Both the position numbers and the translations under genes were made by a program. The notes under the pieces are model-generated. The model searched no databases. It had not been told where the DNA came from and saw nothing but the letters and a program-made list of their open reading frames with translations. A stretch of DNA of 64,000 nucleotides from Octopus sinensis (Eukaryota): positions 53,816,001-53,880,000 of the forward strand of contig NC_043014.1 of the NCBI RefSeq assembly GCF_006345805.1, read 5' to 3'. Below, piece by piece: positions 53,013 through 64,000 of the stretch. How positions within the stretch are numbered: the first letter of the stretch is position 1; the number at the start of each line of letters is the position of its first letter.

Positions 53013-55152
53013 TACATACTGATATATCGTTATATAATGATAGATACTTTCCCATGCTGGCACCACAGAAAAAGCACCCTTTGTACATTCTTTAAAGTGG
53101 TTGGTATAAGGAAGGACATCCAACCACAGAAACTGTGCCAGACCAGACGATTGGAACCTGGCGCAGCTCTGTCAGGCCACCCAACCCATGTCAGCATTGG
53201 AAATGGATGTTAAACGATGATGATGGTGGTGTAAGTGGTGATGATGTCTTTATAACACCGAGATGGATTCTACCTCTTTTGATGGTGTAAAATGCTTTGT
53301 TTCAAAATTTTCATTGGCTGAGAGAACACCTCTGACGTTTTCCTTTTCCACCAACTGGAATGAAAAGAGAAAAGAAAAATTCAATTAACTCAATCAGAAT
53401 TTTCATTAAAAGTTAATTAACGAAGAGGCTATCATTGAATCAAATGAGACTTTTCACTGTGATGACACCACAAGAGGCTGAAGTCTTAAGATGTTGCTGT
53501 TGTTGTTGTCCCCTAACACCCAATCAACCTTGATTGAACAGACCTATGATCAAACACAATCCAACCATAACCATCCTTTGAGAACTATATTACTCAATAA
53601 ATCTTTCCTTGTTTAGTTCTGTTGGCATTTGATTCTGATAGACATTTGACTGCTATTTCTAGCATGTTGAATAACTTGCTCAGATGCTTCCTTATTTGGT
53701 CATTAGTAAGATGTCAGACAGCTGAACTATAAATGCCTGTAAACTGGCTCAGTCAGCTCAGCTGTAAACAGATATCAGTGGGTCTATACAGGTCACTGAG
53801 GGGTGGGGTGGGGCAGTGATGTACTGGGTGACCCATAACGAAGGCCACATTTATGCATTTATACAACCTTTTATCTTTCGCCTTTTACTTGTTTCAGTCA
53901 TTAGACTGTGGTCATGCTGGAGCACCTCCTTGAAGTATTTCAGTTGAATGAATTAACCCCAGGACCTCCTTTTTTTTTGTTCTTTTTAAGCCTGGTACCT
54001 ATTCTGTTGATCTCTTTTGCCAAACCGCTAAGTTACAGGGATATAAACACACCAATACCAGTTGTCAAGTTGTGGTGTGAGACAAACGCAGACACACACA
54101 AACACTTTCACAGGGTGTAATGCTGTGGGATTGAACCCAGAACGATGTGGGCAGGAAGCCAGCTTCTTACCACACAGCCACATTTGGGGCCCTTTGTGGA
54201 ATTTACCGAGAGTTTCATAAAACTGAAGAGGTCCATTGAAAATCCTCCTCTCGTGGGCCGAAGCCATAAATAAAACTACTTCCCCATTCGCAATCTCATT
54301 TCGACCAATTCCATCCCCATAACGGAGCTCAGCCATGTTGAGATGTCATCATCAGTCCAGTGTAACCTGAGTGAGTGGGGGGATCAGGTTGACCCCCGGT
54401 CTGATTTGGGAAGGAATTACTGCAAAGTTGACCATTCCATGGAGAAAATGCAGAGAGAGATTAGTACCATACGTACATACACTCAAGTATAGCCATATAT
54501 ATATATATAGATTAATCAGCCGAAATTGCAAGGATGATCCAGTTCTTGACTGAAGATTGAAGGCTTCGAATGTCCCGTCCATGTTTTTTGTATCGTCTTC
54601 TAAATGTTTTGCGTTCTTGTCCCAGTTTGTATTTTTTTACATATACATATATATATATATATATATATGAGTTCAGCAAAAATTTAGATTCTGATGAATA
54701 TGGTACTTAAGTTAAGGCACCAGAATTTAGTACGGTATTATCCATACAATTTCAAAATAAGGTGATTAGAATTAAAATAAGCAACAAGGATATCCAGAGG
54801 TAATGCATTACCTCTGGATATCCTTGTTGCTTATTTTGATATATATATATATATATATATAGACATACATACATGCATGTGACATGCATACACGCATATA
54901 TACACACATACACATATATGCATGCATACAGACACACACACACACACATATACATCCGTTCATATACATGTACATAAATCTTACCTCTGTGGCCATTTGC
55001 CGAAATGGTAAGGCACCAAAGATGATTGAGCTGTCTATACGAACATACCAATGACGAAAGGAAGCTAAATACAAGGCATAATTGTAGAAAAGGGACGGAT
55101 AAAAGGCAACTTTGCTGAGGATTGATGTTCCAATGGCAGAAAATTGATCCAT
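50285..55152 (-). CDS. PTPMT1: PTPMT1 paralog B, 4 coding exons, 193 aa
   Basis: Exons 55152-54985 (MDQFSAIG...[10 protein letters not shown]...GALPFRQMATE), 53354-53274 (LVEKENVRGVLSANENFETKHFTPSKE), 51458-51267 (EWKDLGV...EDFIGTP...[19 protein letters not shown]) and 50425-50285 (KNQWDDTTAW...KLRTR*). The exon structure is the same as paralog A and there are no stops or frameshifts. Confidence 0.92.
52490..52850 (+). mobile_element. Tc1/mariner transposase relic (C-terminal catalytic part) in PTPMT1-B intron 2
   Basis: VFQ*DSVLSH..TQEW and WPPNSPDLNPLDYYMWSIVK motifs. Confidence 0.8.
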
Positions 55153-55588
55153 TGCCTCTGGAGATATTCACGTTTTCCAAGGAACGATTTTAACCAATTG
55201 ATCTGAAATGAGATGAAAAAAAACAAGTTTCAAACCCTGGTTGTTTCTTCAGAGGTTTAGTAAGCTCATAACAAGATCAACAGTGCATGACCCTGCAGGT
55301 GGGACCCAGCTAGAATTTTCATCAGGTCGAGTAGACCATCCTGCTCCCGAATAAGAGTTGTTTAAGGATGTTGAATGAAACACCCATGTTTCCAGAGGGG
55401 AATTATTCAAATCCCAAAGAATCCCTCTCAACACATGGCTATGATGCTCCCCCACTACTTCTGCTCATGATCAGAGATGCACATATCGTCAGCCACTAAG
55501 GGACATACTCAACTGGTTACGGTCAAACAACTGACAAGCAAATCTGTGGTATTGAGCAGAATATTTGCTGTAGCCCATCTTTTATACC

Positions 55589-56082
55589 ATTATTATTATT
55601 ATTATTATCAATATTATTATTATTATTATTATTATTATCAATATTATTATTATTATTATCAATATTATTATTATTATTATTATCAATATTATTATTATTA
55701 TTATTATCAATATTATTATTATTATTATTATCAATATTATTATTATTATTATTATCAATATTATTATTATTATTATCAATATTATTATTATTATTATTAT
55801 CAATATTATTATTATTATTATTATCAATATTATTATTATTATTATTATCAATATTATTATTATTATTATCAATATTATTATTATTATTATTATCAATATT
55901 ATTATTATTATTATTATCAATATTATTATTATTATTATTATCAATATTATTATTATTATTATTATCAATATTATTATTATTATTATTATCAATATTATTA
56001 TTATTATTATCAATATTATTATTATTATTATTATCAATATTATTATTATTATTATTATTATTATCAATATTATTATTATTAT
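55589..56082. repeat. Compound CAA(TAT)n minisatellite of about 490 bp
   Basis: About 20 units of CAA followed by a variable run of TAT. It produces the spurious poly-Y and poly-I ORFs. Confidence 0.95.
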
Positions 56083-57657
56083 TCTATGCTCATGTATCAA
56101 ATGTTGCCATCGTTTCTCAAATTATCAAAACAACAAAAGATTTGGGGAGTTTGAGATTGTTGTTTTGTGAGACAAGAGAAACCCTGAAAATGTCAGTTGA
56201 TATAATCAACAGAAAGGTTCTGACAGGAGCCATGGTGGGGATGCTTACCCTGTATTTCTTTTGGTTTAGAGGAACAGTCAGTGGCCATGGCCCTCACCTC
56301 TGAAAGGATTGACACTGGTGTGGTTTATAGTTCTATTGAATAGTTAAAAGTTGACAGGGAATTCTAGTGGGGAGGGCCGTTGTTCTGGGGGAGGAAGGAT
56401 TGGCTGTAGGGGTTATATTTTCTTTTATCTATTACTTATTTCAGTCGTTAGACTGTGGCCATGCTGGAGCACCACCTTAAAGAATTTCCAGTCCAATTCT
56501 TCGAATCCAGTACTTTTTTTTCAAGCCTGGCACTTACTCTATTGGTCTCTTTTGCCAAACCACTAAGTTACAGGGATGTAAACACACCAACACTGTGGTA
56601 GGGGACAAAGACACATGCACATAGATATACATATGATGGGCTTCTTTCAGTTTCCATCTACTAAATCCCCTCACAAAGCTTTGGTCAGCCTAAGGTTGTT
56701 GCAAAGACCCAAGGCTGTTGTAGAAGACATTTGTCAAGGTGAGACAGAGTGGGATTGAACCTAGAACCAGGTGGTTGGGAAGCAAACTTCTTACCACACA
56801 GCCATACTTGCAGCTAAAGTGTGGAGTTTTGAGGGGAGACAATAATAAGTATATGAAGGGGGGGAAGGTGAGTGGATGACAAGAGCCTGGGTGAGAGGGG
56901 TCCAAGGATCAAATACTACTGTAAAAGCAACAGAAAAGGCAGAGAAAGGGACGGGAATAGAGAGAGAGAGAGAAGCAGAGAGAGACAGAGTGACAAGCAG
57001 AGAGAGAGAGAGAGAGACAAGCAGAGAGAGAGAGATAGAGAGTGAGAATGACAGGCAGAGAGAGAGAGGAGACAGTATTCTCATTAAGTGATGGAAATTC
57101 TAAAAATCCCCAAAGTGTGTGCATGTCTTACAATTGAATATCAACCTACCTCAACTCTGCAACTGAACGCTGTACTCGGTATGATGACCACCACTGAAGA
57201 AAAATAGTTTTTGTTTTCTTGTTGTCAGGTGTGTGTGAATGTGTCACTGGTCAAACGCTTTCAAGTGACCAGTTGCTGTGTCCTGTGCAAAACCACAGAG
57301 GAATGATGGAGAGAAGTTGAAAAGATGAAGCTGTCAAGGGAAGGCAGCCTTGGATGACGGGGATTCTGCTTGGTGGCCGTCAATTTGTATGTGAATCGGT
57401 TGGCATTTTCCATCCCACACAGCATTGAATTCTTTGAAATCCTAAAGAATTCCTCGTGATTTCACCAACAATAGGGAGAAAGAAAACGACCACACTGACA
57501 TTGTTCACACACACACACAAACACACACATATGGAAACATACACACACACCCGTGTGCATACAGACACACACACCCGTATGTATAGGTACATAAACACAC
57601 AAGGATTTAACAAAGAAAAATTGAAGAATTACAAGCATTAACTATTTCGTCCAGGCA

Positions 57658-57776
57658 TCACGTCATCATTACCCTCACGTCATCATTACTATCACGTCAT
57701 CATTACTCTCACGTCATCATTACTCTCACGTCATCATTACTCTCACGTCATCATTACTCTCACGTCATCATTACTA
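57658..57776. repeat. 17-bp minisatellite, 7 copies (TCACGTCATCATTACTC)
   Basis: Units start at 57658, 57675, 57692, 57709, 57726, 57743 and 57760. Only the last 2 bases of each unit vary. Confidence 0.95.
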
Positions 57777-57868
57777 TCACTATCACCACCACTACCACCT
57801 CTCCTACCCCATCCTCTTTCACATCATCATCATCTCTATCACTTAATGTCCCTCTCTCTTGCTGTTTC

Positions 57869-57900
<32 letters not shown>

Positions 57901-58528
57901 ACACACATCTATTATGTATACATGTGTGTGTGTGTGCGCATGCAAACACACACGCACACATATGACTTGTGTGTGTGGTTAAGAAGTTTAACCACATGGT
58001 TCCAAGTTCAGTCCCACCGTGTGATACCTTGGGCAAATGTCTTATACTAAAGCCCCAGGCCAATTAAAGCCTTGTCAGTGGATTTAGTAGACGGAAACTG
58101 AAAGAAGCCCATCGTATATATATCATCATCATTTAATGTCTGTTGTCCATGCTGGCATGGGCTGGACGTATACATATACATACATACATACTTACATATA
58201 TACATACATATATATATATATATATTATATGTATGTATATAAATGTTTGTTGGGTGTGTGTGTGTGTGTATGTAGTATTTGTATGTGTGTATATGTGCAT
58301 ATATGCACATGCACACACACACACACAAAATTACTCAATACATATTTATGTTGGAAGTGGGATGGTTTACGAAATAATAAAGTCATTATTTTCTGAAAGA
58401 ATTCAAAGACAATAAAACGTAATTATAAAAAAATGATTTATTAATTAACAATTAATTTTCACTCTCTTTCCCTCTCTCTCTCTCCTTCTCACTTTTTCCT
58501 TTTCATCTCTACAATTGTGTCATTTTTG

Positions 58529-58750
58529 GAATGGAAGTTGAATATTTCATTGAGTGGCAGGTCACTCAAGCTCTGGCATTCATCAGCTATTATCAACAAC
58601 TTGGTCAGTGTGTTTATGTTCATTGTAAAGCTGGCCGGACAAGAAGTGCCATCATTGTTGCTTGTTATCTGATGATGGTGAGGTCAACTCTACTCTTCCA
58701 TTCTCTGCCATTTAATTAAAGGACAAAGGAATATTTTATTAACAAAGTGT
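58529..58750 (+). pseudogene. Inverted relic of PTPMT1-B exon 3 plus the start of the following intron
   Basis: Reverse complement of 51194-51458. It has a 31-nt deletion between TGGAAG microhomologies and a 12-nt deletion, and the acceptor AG is lost. The HCKAGRTRS codons and the GTGAG donor (58678) are retained. There are 6 mismatches over 58554-58750. Confidence 0.9.
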
Positions 58751-61228
58751 GAATGATATACTTTATAAATGATACATAATTGATATGATAAATGGTATAT
58801 ATTTTATATAAAAACGATACTTAATGAATACATATATATGTGATATAAAAAATTATACTTAAATTGTATAAAACTAAAAATAAATGATATTTGATATAAA
58901 GAGCTTTGACAAAAAAGTAGACTAATTGGTCAACCAAGTTAAACAAACGATCGATTAGTTAGTTAAGAGTTAACCAATTGACTAATACTAAAGGAGAGGA
59001 ATTGAACCAGCGCATGTGTTATTGGAAGAATGACCGTCCCTGGACACAACGAAATTGATAAAAAGAATTACTCTAAAAACGTGTTGAGTGCAGTTGTTAT
59101 GGAGACGAGCAAGATGAAAGAGAAGTGAGTCGGCAAAGGAAAAGCAGGTGATAATAAACAGAATAAGGGAGACATGATGGGGCGGAGGCTGTTTCCATGT
59201 CTTGATTGCTGAGGAGGAAAAAAATGGGCAAAACGAGCAAAATATTTGCAGCATGAAAGTGAAAGACTTTTGATAAAAGGAATATTATCGAATAACGAGA
59301 GACTGAAGCAGGAATGCCAACGGAAGTACCAAGAGGAGGGGAAAATTCCTCAGTTATTTCATGAAGACAATATTGGCTTCAAATTTTGGCACAAGGCCAG
59401 CAAGTACAGGGAGGGGGGGTAACTTGATTACATTGACCCCAGTGCATAACTGGTACTTATTTTATCAACCCTGAAAGAATGGAAGCAGAATTTGAACTCA
59501 GAACATTGAGACAGACAAAACGCTGCATTCAGCGTTTTTCCCTGTGTGCCAATGAGTCAGCCTTCCATGAAGAGAATATGGAGAGGCACCTTCATCTCTG
59601 GGTACATCAGTCTCTAATCTGAACAACGGCAAGTGGACAGAGACATCAGGGGGCTCTAACCTGACCTAACCAATGTGTCCCTTAAGTGGATGGGAAATCC
59701 TAATGCATCTACTTTTTAAAATAACAACTTGCATTACTTGTGATCCGTTTTCCTTTTAGAGTTATTTATTATAAGCTTTTAATTCACACAACCTTATAAA
59801 GTTCTTTTTTGCCTAATGCTCCTAATACACTCACCCGCTTCGCCCACATTTCCGCTCTTTGTATAATTTTTCTTTTTGTCCAACGTCAACCTTTTGTAAT
59901 CTGAATCTTTCATAATTTTTCATGCATCAACGAGAACGGAGGTCGTTGCCAACAGAGGTGAAATAAAACAAATTACTTTACTTTTATTGTGCAAATATTT
60001 TTATTCATTCAAACTGAAGTAAATTGCTTAATTATTGTTTGAATTTTGCTTTGATATTTGGAATTTTTATTTTAAAGTTTGCTTTTATTTGTTATATTAA
60101 TGGAGTTTTAATAGTTTTGGGAGAGGAAAATCCAAATCTCGTGACTCCATTCAAAAGAAAGACCAAACGAAGGGACATAACTCTTCGTGACTGGCCGATA
60201 TAAAAAGAAGAAGAAGAGGGAAAAAAAGGCGAGAGATGAATAGAATTGAGCCCAATGTTGGCGTGGAGCGAAACATCAACATCCCACTGGTTGAAAATCA
60301 ATCACTAACAGACGTGAACCCAAAACTGGGTGCTGCTGTGTCCACTCTCTACCTTTGCTACTACTACTACTACTACAATGACCTCTGAACTGTGAGCTGG
60401 TTGGTCTCGGCCTCTTACCACCAATATTCATGCACCCTCCACCCACTGGTCTCCCCCACCCCGCCTACTTGTCACCCAGGTGCACCCAATCCGTCTCACA
60501 CCCATCCACCCCCATGCACTCACCATTATGTCCATTCCTTCTTCCTCCCTACAATGCCATCCCTCTGGAATCTTCCTCCCAGTTCATGTCTTTTTAGCAT
60601 ATGTTGAATTACAAATGGAACAGAAATGACCCCATCACAAGTCTCAGAGAACCTGCAATGTTCAGCGGTAATGTCCCTTCGGCCAGACTCGACAAGAAAT
60701 AAATTCTAAATAAAAAAAAACTGTTTAATTTTGAAATCTTTCTCTTCCTGTAGAACCGCAAATATTCCAGATACAGGGTTCTTTCCTCGTGAGTCAAAAG
60801 CATGTTAATCTTTGTATCAGTGAATAAATGATTTCAGGTTTTAGTTGCATTTTGATTTTAAGGGTTTGGTCAAAAGGAATGGGTTGGAATCCCCGAGACT
60901 AGTCAGATGTTGTTTGCTTTATATTCTTAATGCGTTGGCTGGGCTCTTGTCCTTTGCAGACCCTCTCATACTTGCAAGATCAATGGGGGTCATGTTTTTC
61001 TTGAACAACCACAAATCAATGACTTGTGTGATGGTTGATGGTACTTTGATATAAGCAGCAGACAATTCCAGAGATATTCTGATATTTTTAGAAGAAAGAA
61101 TTTGGCAGGGAATCTTGCAAGTGCGGAATTCAAATACAAACAAGTTTGAGACAGACAGAAGCACTGTATTACATGGACAAAGATTGAGGGGATCGATTTG
61201 GGGCCTAATTAAAGCCTTGGTTGCTTAT

Positions 61229-61452
61229 CTCTCTTTTACACTTTACTCTTTTACTTGTTTCAGTCATTTGACTGCGGCCATGCTGGAGCACTGCCTTTAG
61301 TCGAGCAACTCAACCCTGGGATTTATTCTTTGTAAGCCCAGTACTTATTCTATCGGTCTCTTTTGCCGAACCGCTAAGTGATGGGGACGTAAACATACCA
61401 GCATCGGTTGTCAAGCAATGCTAGGGGGACAAACACAGACACATAAACACAT

Positions 61453-61491
<39 letters not shown>

Positions 61492-61653
61492 CAACAGGCT
61501 TCTTTCAGTTTCCGTCTACCAAATCCACTCACAAGGCATTGGTCGGCCCGGGGCTATAGCAGGAGACACTTGCCCAAGGTGCCACGCAGTGGGAGTGAAC
61601 CCAGAACCATGTGGTTGGTTAGCAAGCTACTTACCACACAGCCACTCCTGCGC
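61229..61653 (-). mobile_element. Long SINE inserted in the CCDC153-B 3' UTR
   Basis: It interrupts the tract shared with the CCDC153-A 3' UTR. Putative 5-bp TSD ACAAG/ATAAG. Confidence 0.85.
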
Positions 61654-61756
61654 CTTGTAATAACCTTTTTAAACATTTCCTGTCGAAGAGAAGACAATTG
61701 TCTGAAGACAAAGGTGAAGCCATACCTTGTGGAGCAGAAAATCTTGAGGCAAAATG

Positions 61757-63527
61757 TTACAAATCAAGAGGATTTAAGCCAAATTCAAGAAGTTTTTTCT
61801 TATTTCTGGCCTGAATCACTTTGGCTTGTTTCTCCCATCGATCCTTTAACTTCTCCATTTTGAACACAAGATTATCCAAAGCCCCCTGAAATAAATAAAT
61901 AAATAAAAAGACATTTAAATAAATATGTGAATTTTATGGAGGAGGATCAGAATCGAAATCGATCAATGGAAATTGCAGATGTGTTACCAGTGCCGGTGGC
62001 ATGTAGGAGAACCTTCCGTTTCGCGACCGTTGCCAGCACCGCCCCGTTTCGTGTCCGTTGCCAGCCTCGCCTGGCCCTCGTGCCGGTGGCACATAAAAAG
62101 CACCATCCGTTCGTGGCCATTTGCCAGCTCTGTCTGGCACCTGTGCGGGTGGCACGTAAAAAGCACCCACTACACTCACAGAGTGGTTGGCGTTAGGAAA
62201 GGCATCCAGCCGTAGAAACACTGCCAGATTTGACTGGGCCTGATGAAGCCTTCTGGCTTCACAGACCCCAGTAGAACTGTCCAACCCATGCTAGCATGGA
62301 AAACGGACGCTAAACGATGATGATGAGGAGGAGGAGGAGGAAAGTACATGGTAGAATCGTGAGAATGTTAGAGTTAAATGCCTTGTGGTATTTAAGTCCT
62401 AGCTTTTGCATCCTCAGGTCAACTTTGTCTTTCATTCTTCTCTGTTTGATATGATAAAGTACCAGTCATGTGCTGGAGGTGGTTTAACATTCCAATAAAA
62501 CATCATAGATGTGAATGGAATTAATCATAGAAGCCTCACACTTACATGGCTTCTGGCAAAGGAGGAAGATGCTGAGTTATCTTCAGACGAAAGAGCTTCT
62601 GTGAATGAATTAGAGAAGAGTGAATTCTGCAACAGGGGCCCAGGAATCCTGTGGGCTTTTTAAACTGGGTAACGGATTCAGTCTATCACCGGACAACAGG
62701 TTCTGTCCGTCCAGCAGACTAATGGCTACATTTCCACCTCCCCCAGTGACACTTGCCAGATTTGAAATCAAATGATTGCACAACAAAATTCTTCACCAAA
62801 CACCCATGTTTGCAACCAATTGAGCTCCAATGCCCGAATAATTGAATAAAATTAAATTATTAATTAATTAACAATTAAATAAACCTGTATGCTTCCAGTT
62901 ACATGTGTTCCAGTCGATCCACTCAACAGAACAGGCTGCTCAGGAACACAAATATCAAGGAAAATTATCGGTTTTAAATTTTGGCACAAGGCCAGCAAAT
63001 TTGGGGGAGTGGGGGGGGTAAGTGATTAACATTGACCCCCCGGACACAACTGGTACTTATTTTATCAACTGCAGCTAAGCATTTTCCCCAGGGTGCTGAC
63101 AAATGTTTGCAAAATGTTGAGAAATGGGAGTTAATTTATTATTAGAAGGTTAATATCAGTTGGGGGCTGAAAATATAGCAACATGGGTAGGCACACTCTC
63201 CTACCCTGATGTAATCTCCAGGGATACAGGCATCCAGCAACAGGACCTCCGTAATGCTATGATGGACCGTGAAGTCTGGCGTAACATAGTAAATTCCATT
63301 GTCTTGACCACGGTCGAACAATAATGATGATAGCAACATGTTATGTAAATAATGAACTGAGAATTAAAAATCAGGGAAATGGTTGTGAGCCCTTACATGA
63401 AGTATGTCCTGGTAGGAATTCTCCATGGCATTGTTCTTCCGCTGGAAAAGCACAATTTCTTCCTGTTTCTGGTTCATAAGAAGTTTGGCTTCTTTTTGTG
63501 CCTTTAGTAATTCTGATTCTTTATCAC
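61757..63527 (-). CDS. CCDC153: CCDC153/DRC12-like copy B, last two exons (5' part lies beyond the window end)
   Basis: Exon 63527-63397 is 131 nt, the same length as copy A exon 5, with the same GTAAGGGCTCA donor (DKESELLKAQKEAKLLMNQKQEEIVLFQRKNNAMENSYQDILH). Exon 61885-61757 is 129 nt (GALDNLVFKMEKLKDRWEKQAKVIQARNKKKLLEFGLNPLDL*). Confidence 0.82.
63170..63335 (+). mobile_element. RTE-like LINE 3' terminal fragment
   Basis: YPDVISRDTGIQQQDLRNAMMDREVWRNIV followed by an (AAT/GAT) tail. Confidence 0.55.
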
Positions 63528-64000
63528 CTGTGAAATACACCAACCGTGTCATTCTCTGCCATTTGACTCTCCATTTTATCAACTAATTTGCTAAATCAAA
63601 GATTCACTGATTTACAATCAACAGCTTTTTATCGATCGGCCGTCCTTTTGTTGGCCTCAGTCAACAAATTTTATTCGTAGTTGTTGGGTGTCACTGATTA
63701 GTTTTCATTTTTGTTAATCTCTTATTTTTTACTTGTTTCAGTCATTGGACTGTGGCCATGCTGGGGCACCACCTTGTGAGGTTTCAGTCAAATGAATTGA
63801 ATTCAATGAGATAAAACTGCATCACATCAGACACTATTGATTATCTGATAATGCGAATGACTGAAACGGCTACAAAACGAAATTCTCTGTTATTTTCTAA
63901 GGACTTTTACTCTTTTATGATTGCACAATCAAACTACAACATAAATCTTGTTTTTCTGAGGTTATTCTCTTAGTTTCTTATTTTGGAACTGTCCTGTTCC

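Noticed and set aside
54028-54336. ORF starting MAELR, like human ETFB
   Set aside because: There is no ETFB similarity beyond five residues, and the ORF runs into a SINE head inside PTPMT1-B intron 1.
55477-56154. 225-aa poly-Tyr/Gln and 172-aa poly-Ile ORFs
   Set aside because: They are translations of the CAA(TAT)n array, with no splice context or domain.

Overview
This is AT-rich eukaryotic DNA, very rich in microsatellites and retroposons. The SINE/RTE repertoire looks like an octopus (coleoid cephalopod) genome; that assignment is inferred from repeat families. Manual splice-site reconstruction gives five protein-coding loci. ETFB (+, 27512-33599) has 6 coding exons and a probable 3'-UTR intron. 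Two intact, diverged PTPMT1 paralogs lie on the minus strand (10514-15459 and 50285-55152). Two CCDC153/DRC12-like paralogs lie in inverted orientation: a complete copy (+, 39814-48855) and the last two exons of a second copy (-, 61757-63527, continuing past the window end). An inverted relic of the PTPMT1 catalytic exon sits at 58529-58750. The most striking structure is an old inverted duplication centred near 55 kb. Its arms are deeply diverged (about 33% amino-acid identity in CCDC153 exon 5), yet two mirror-image patches of about 190 bp are about 97% identical, which suggests patchy arm-to-arm gene conversion. Other observations are an altered EEYE loop in one PTPMT1 paralog, a 7x17-bp UPRE/CRE-like array upstream of the other, RFX X-boxes at the ciliary gene, several fold-back hairpins, and many TE relics (Hero, RTE, CR1, Tc1/mariner, MITEs, Helentron-type elements, SINEs). 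No rRNA, true tRNA or CRISPR array is supported. Most ORFs in the supplied track are microsatellite or TE noise.
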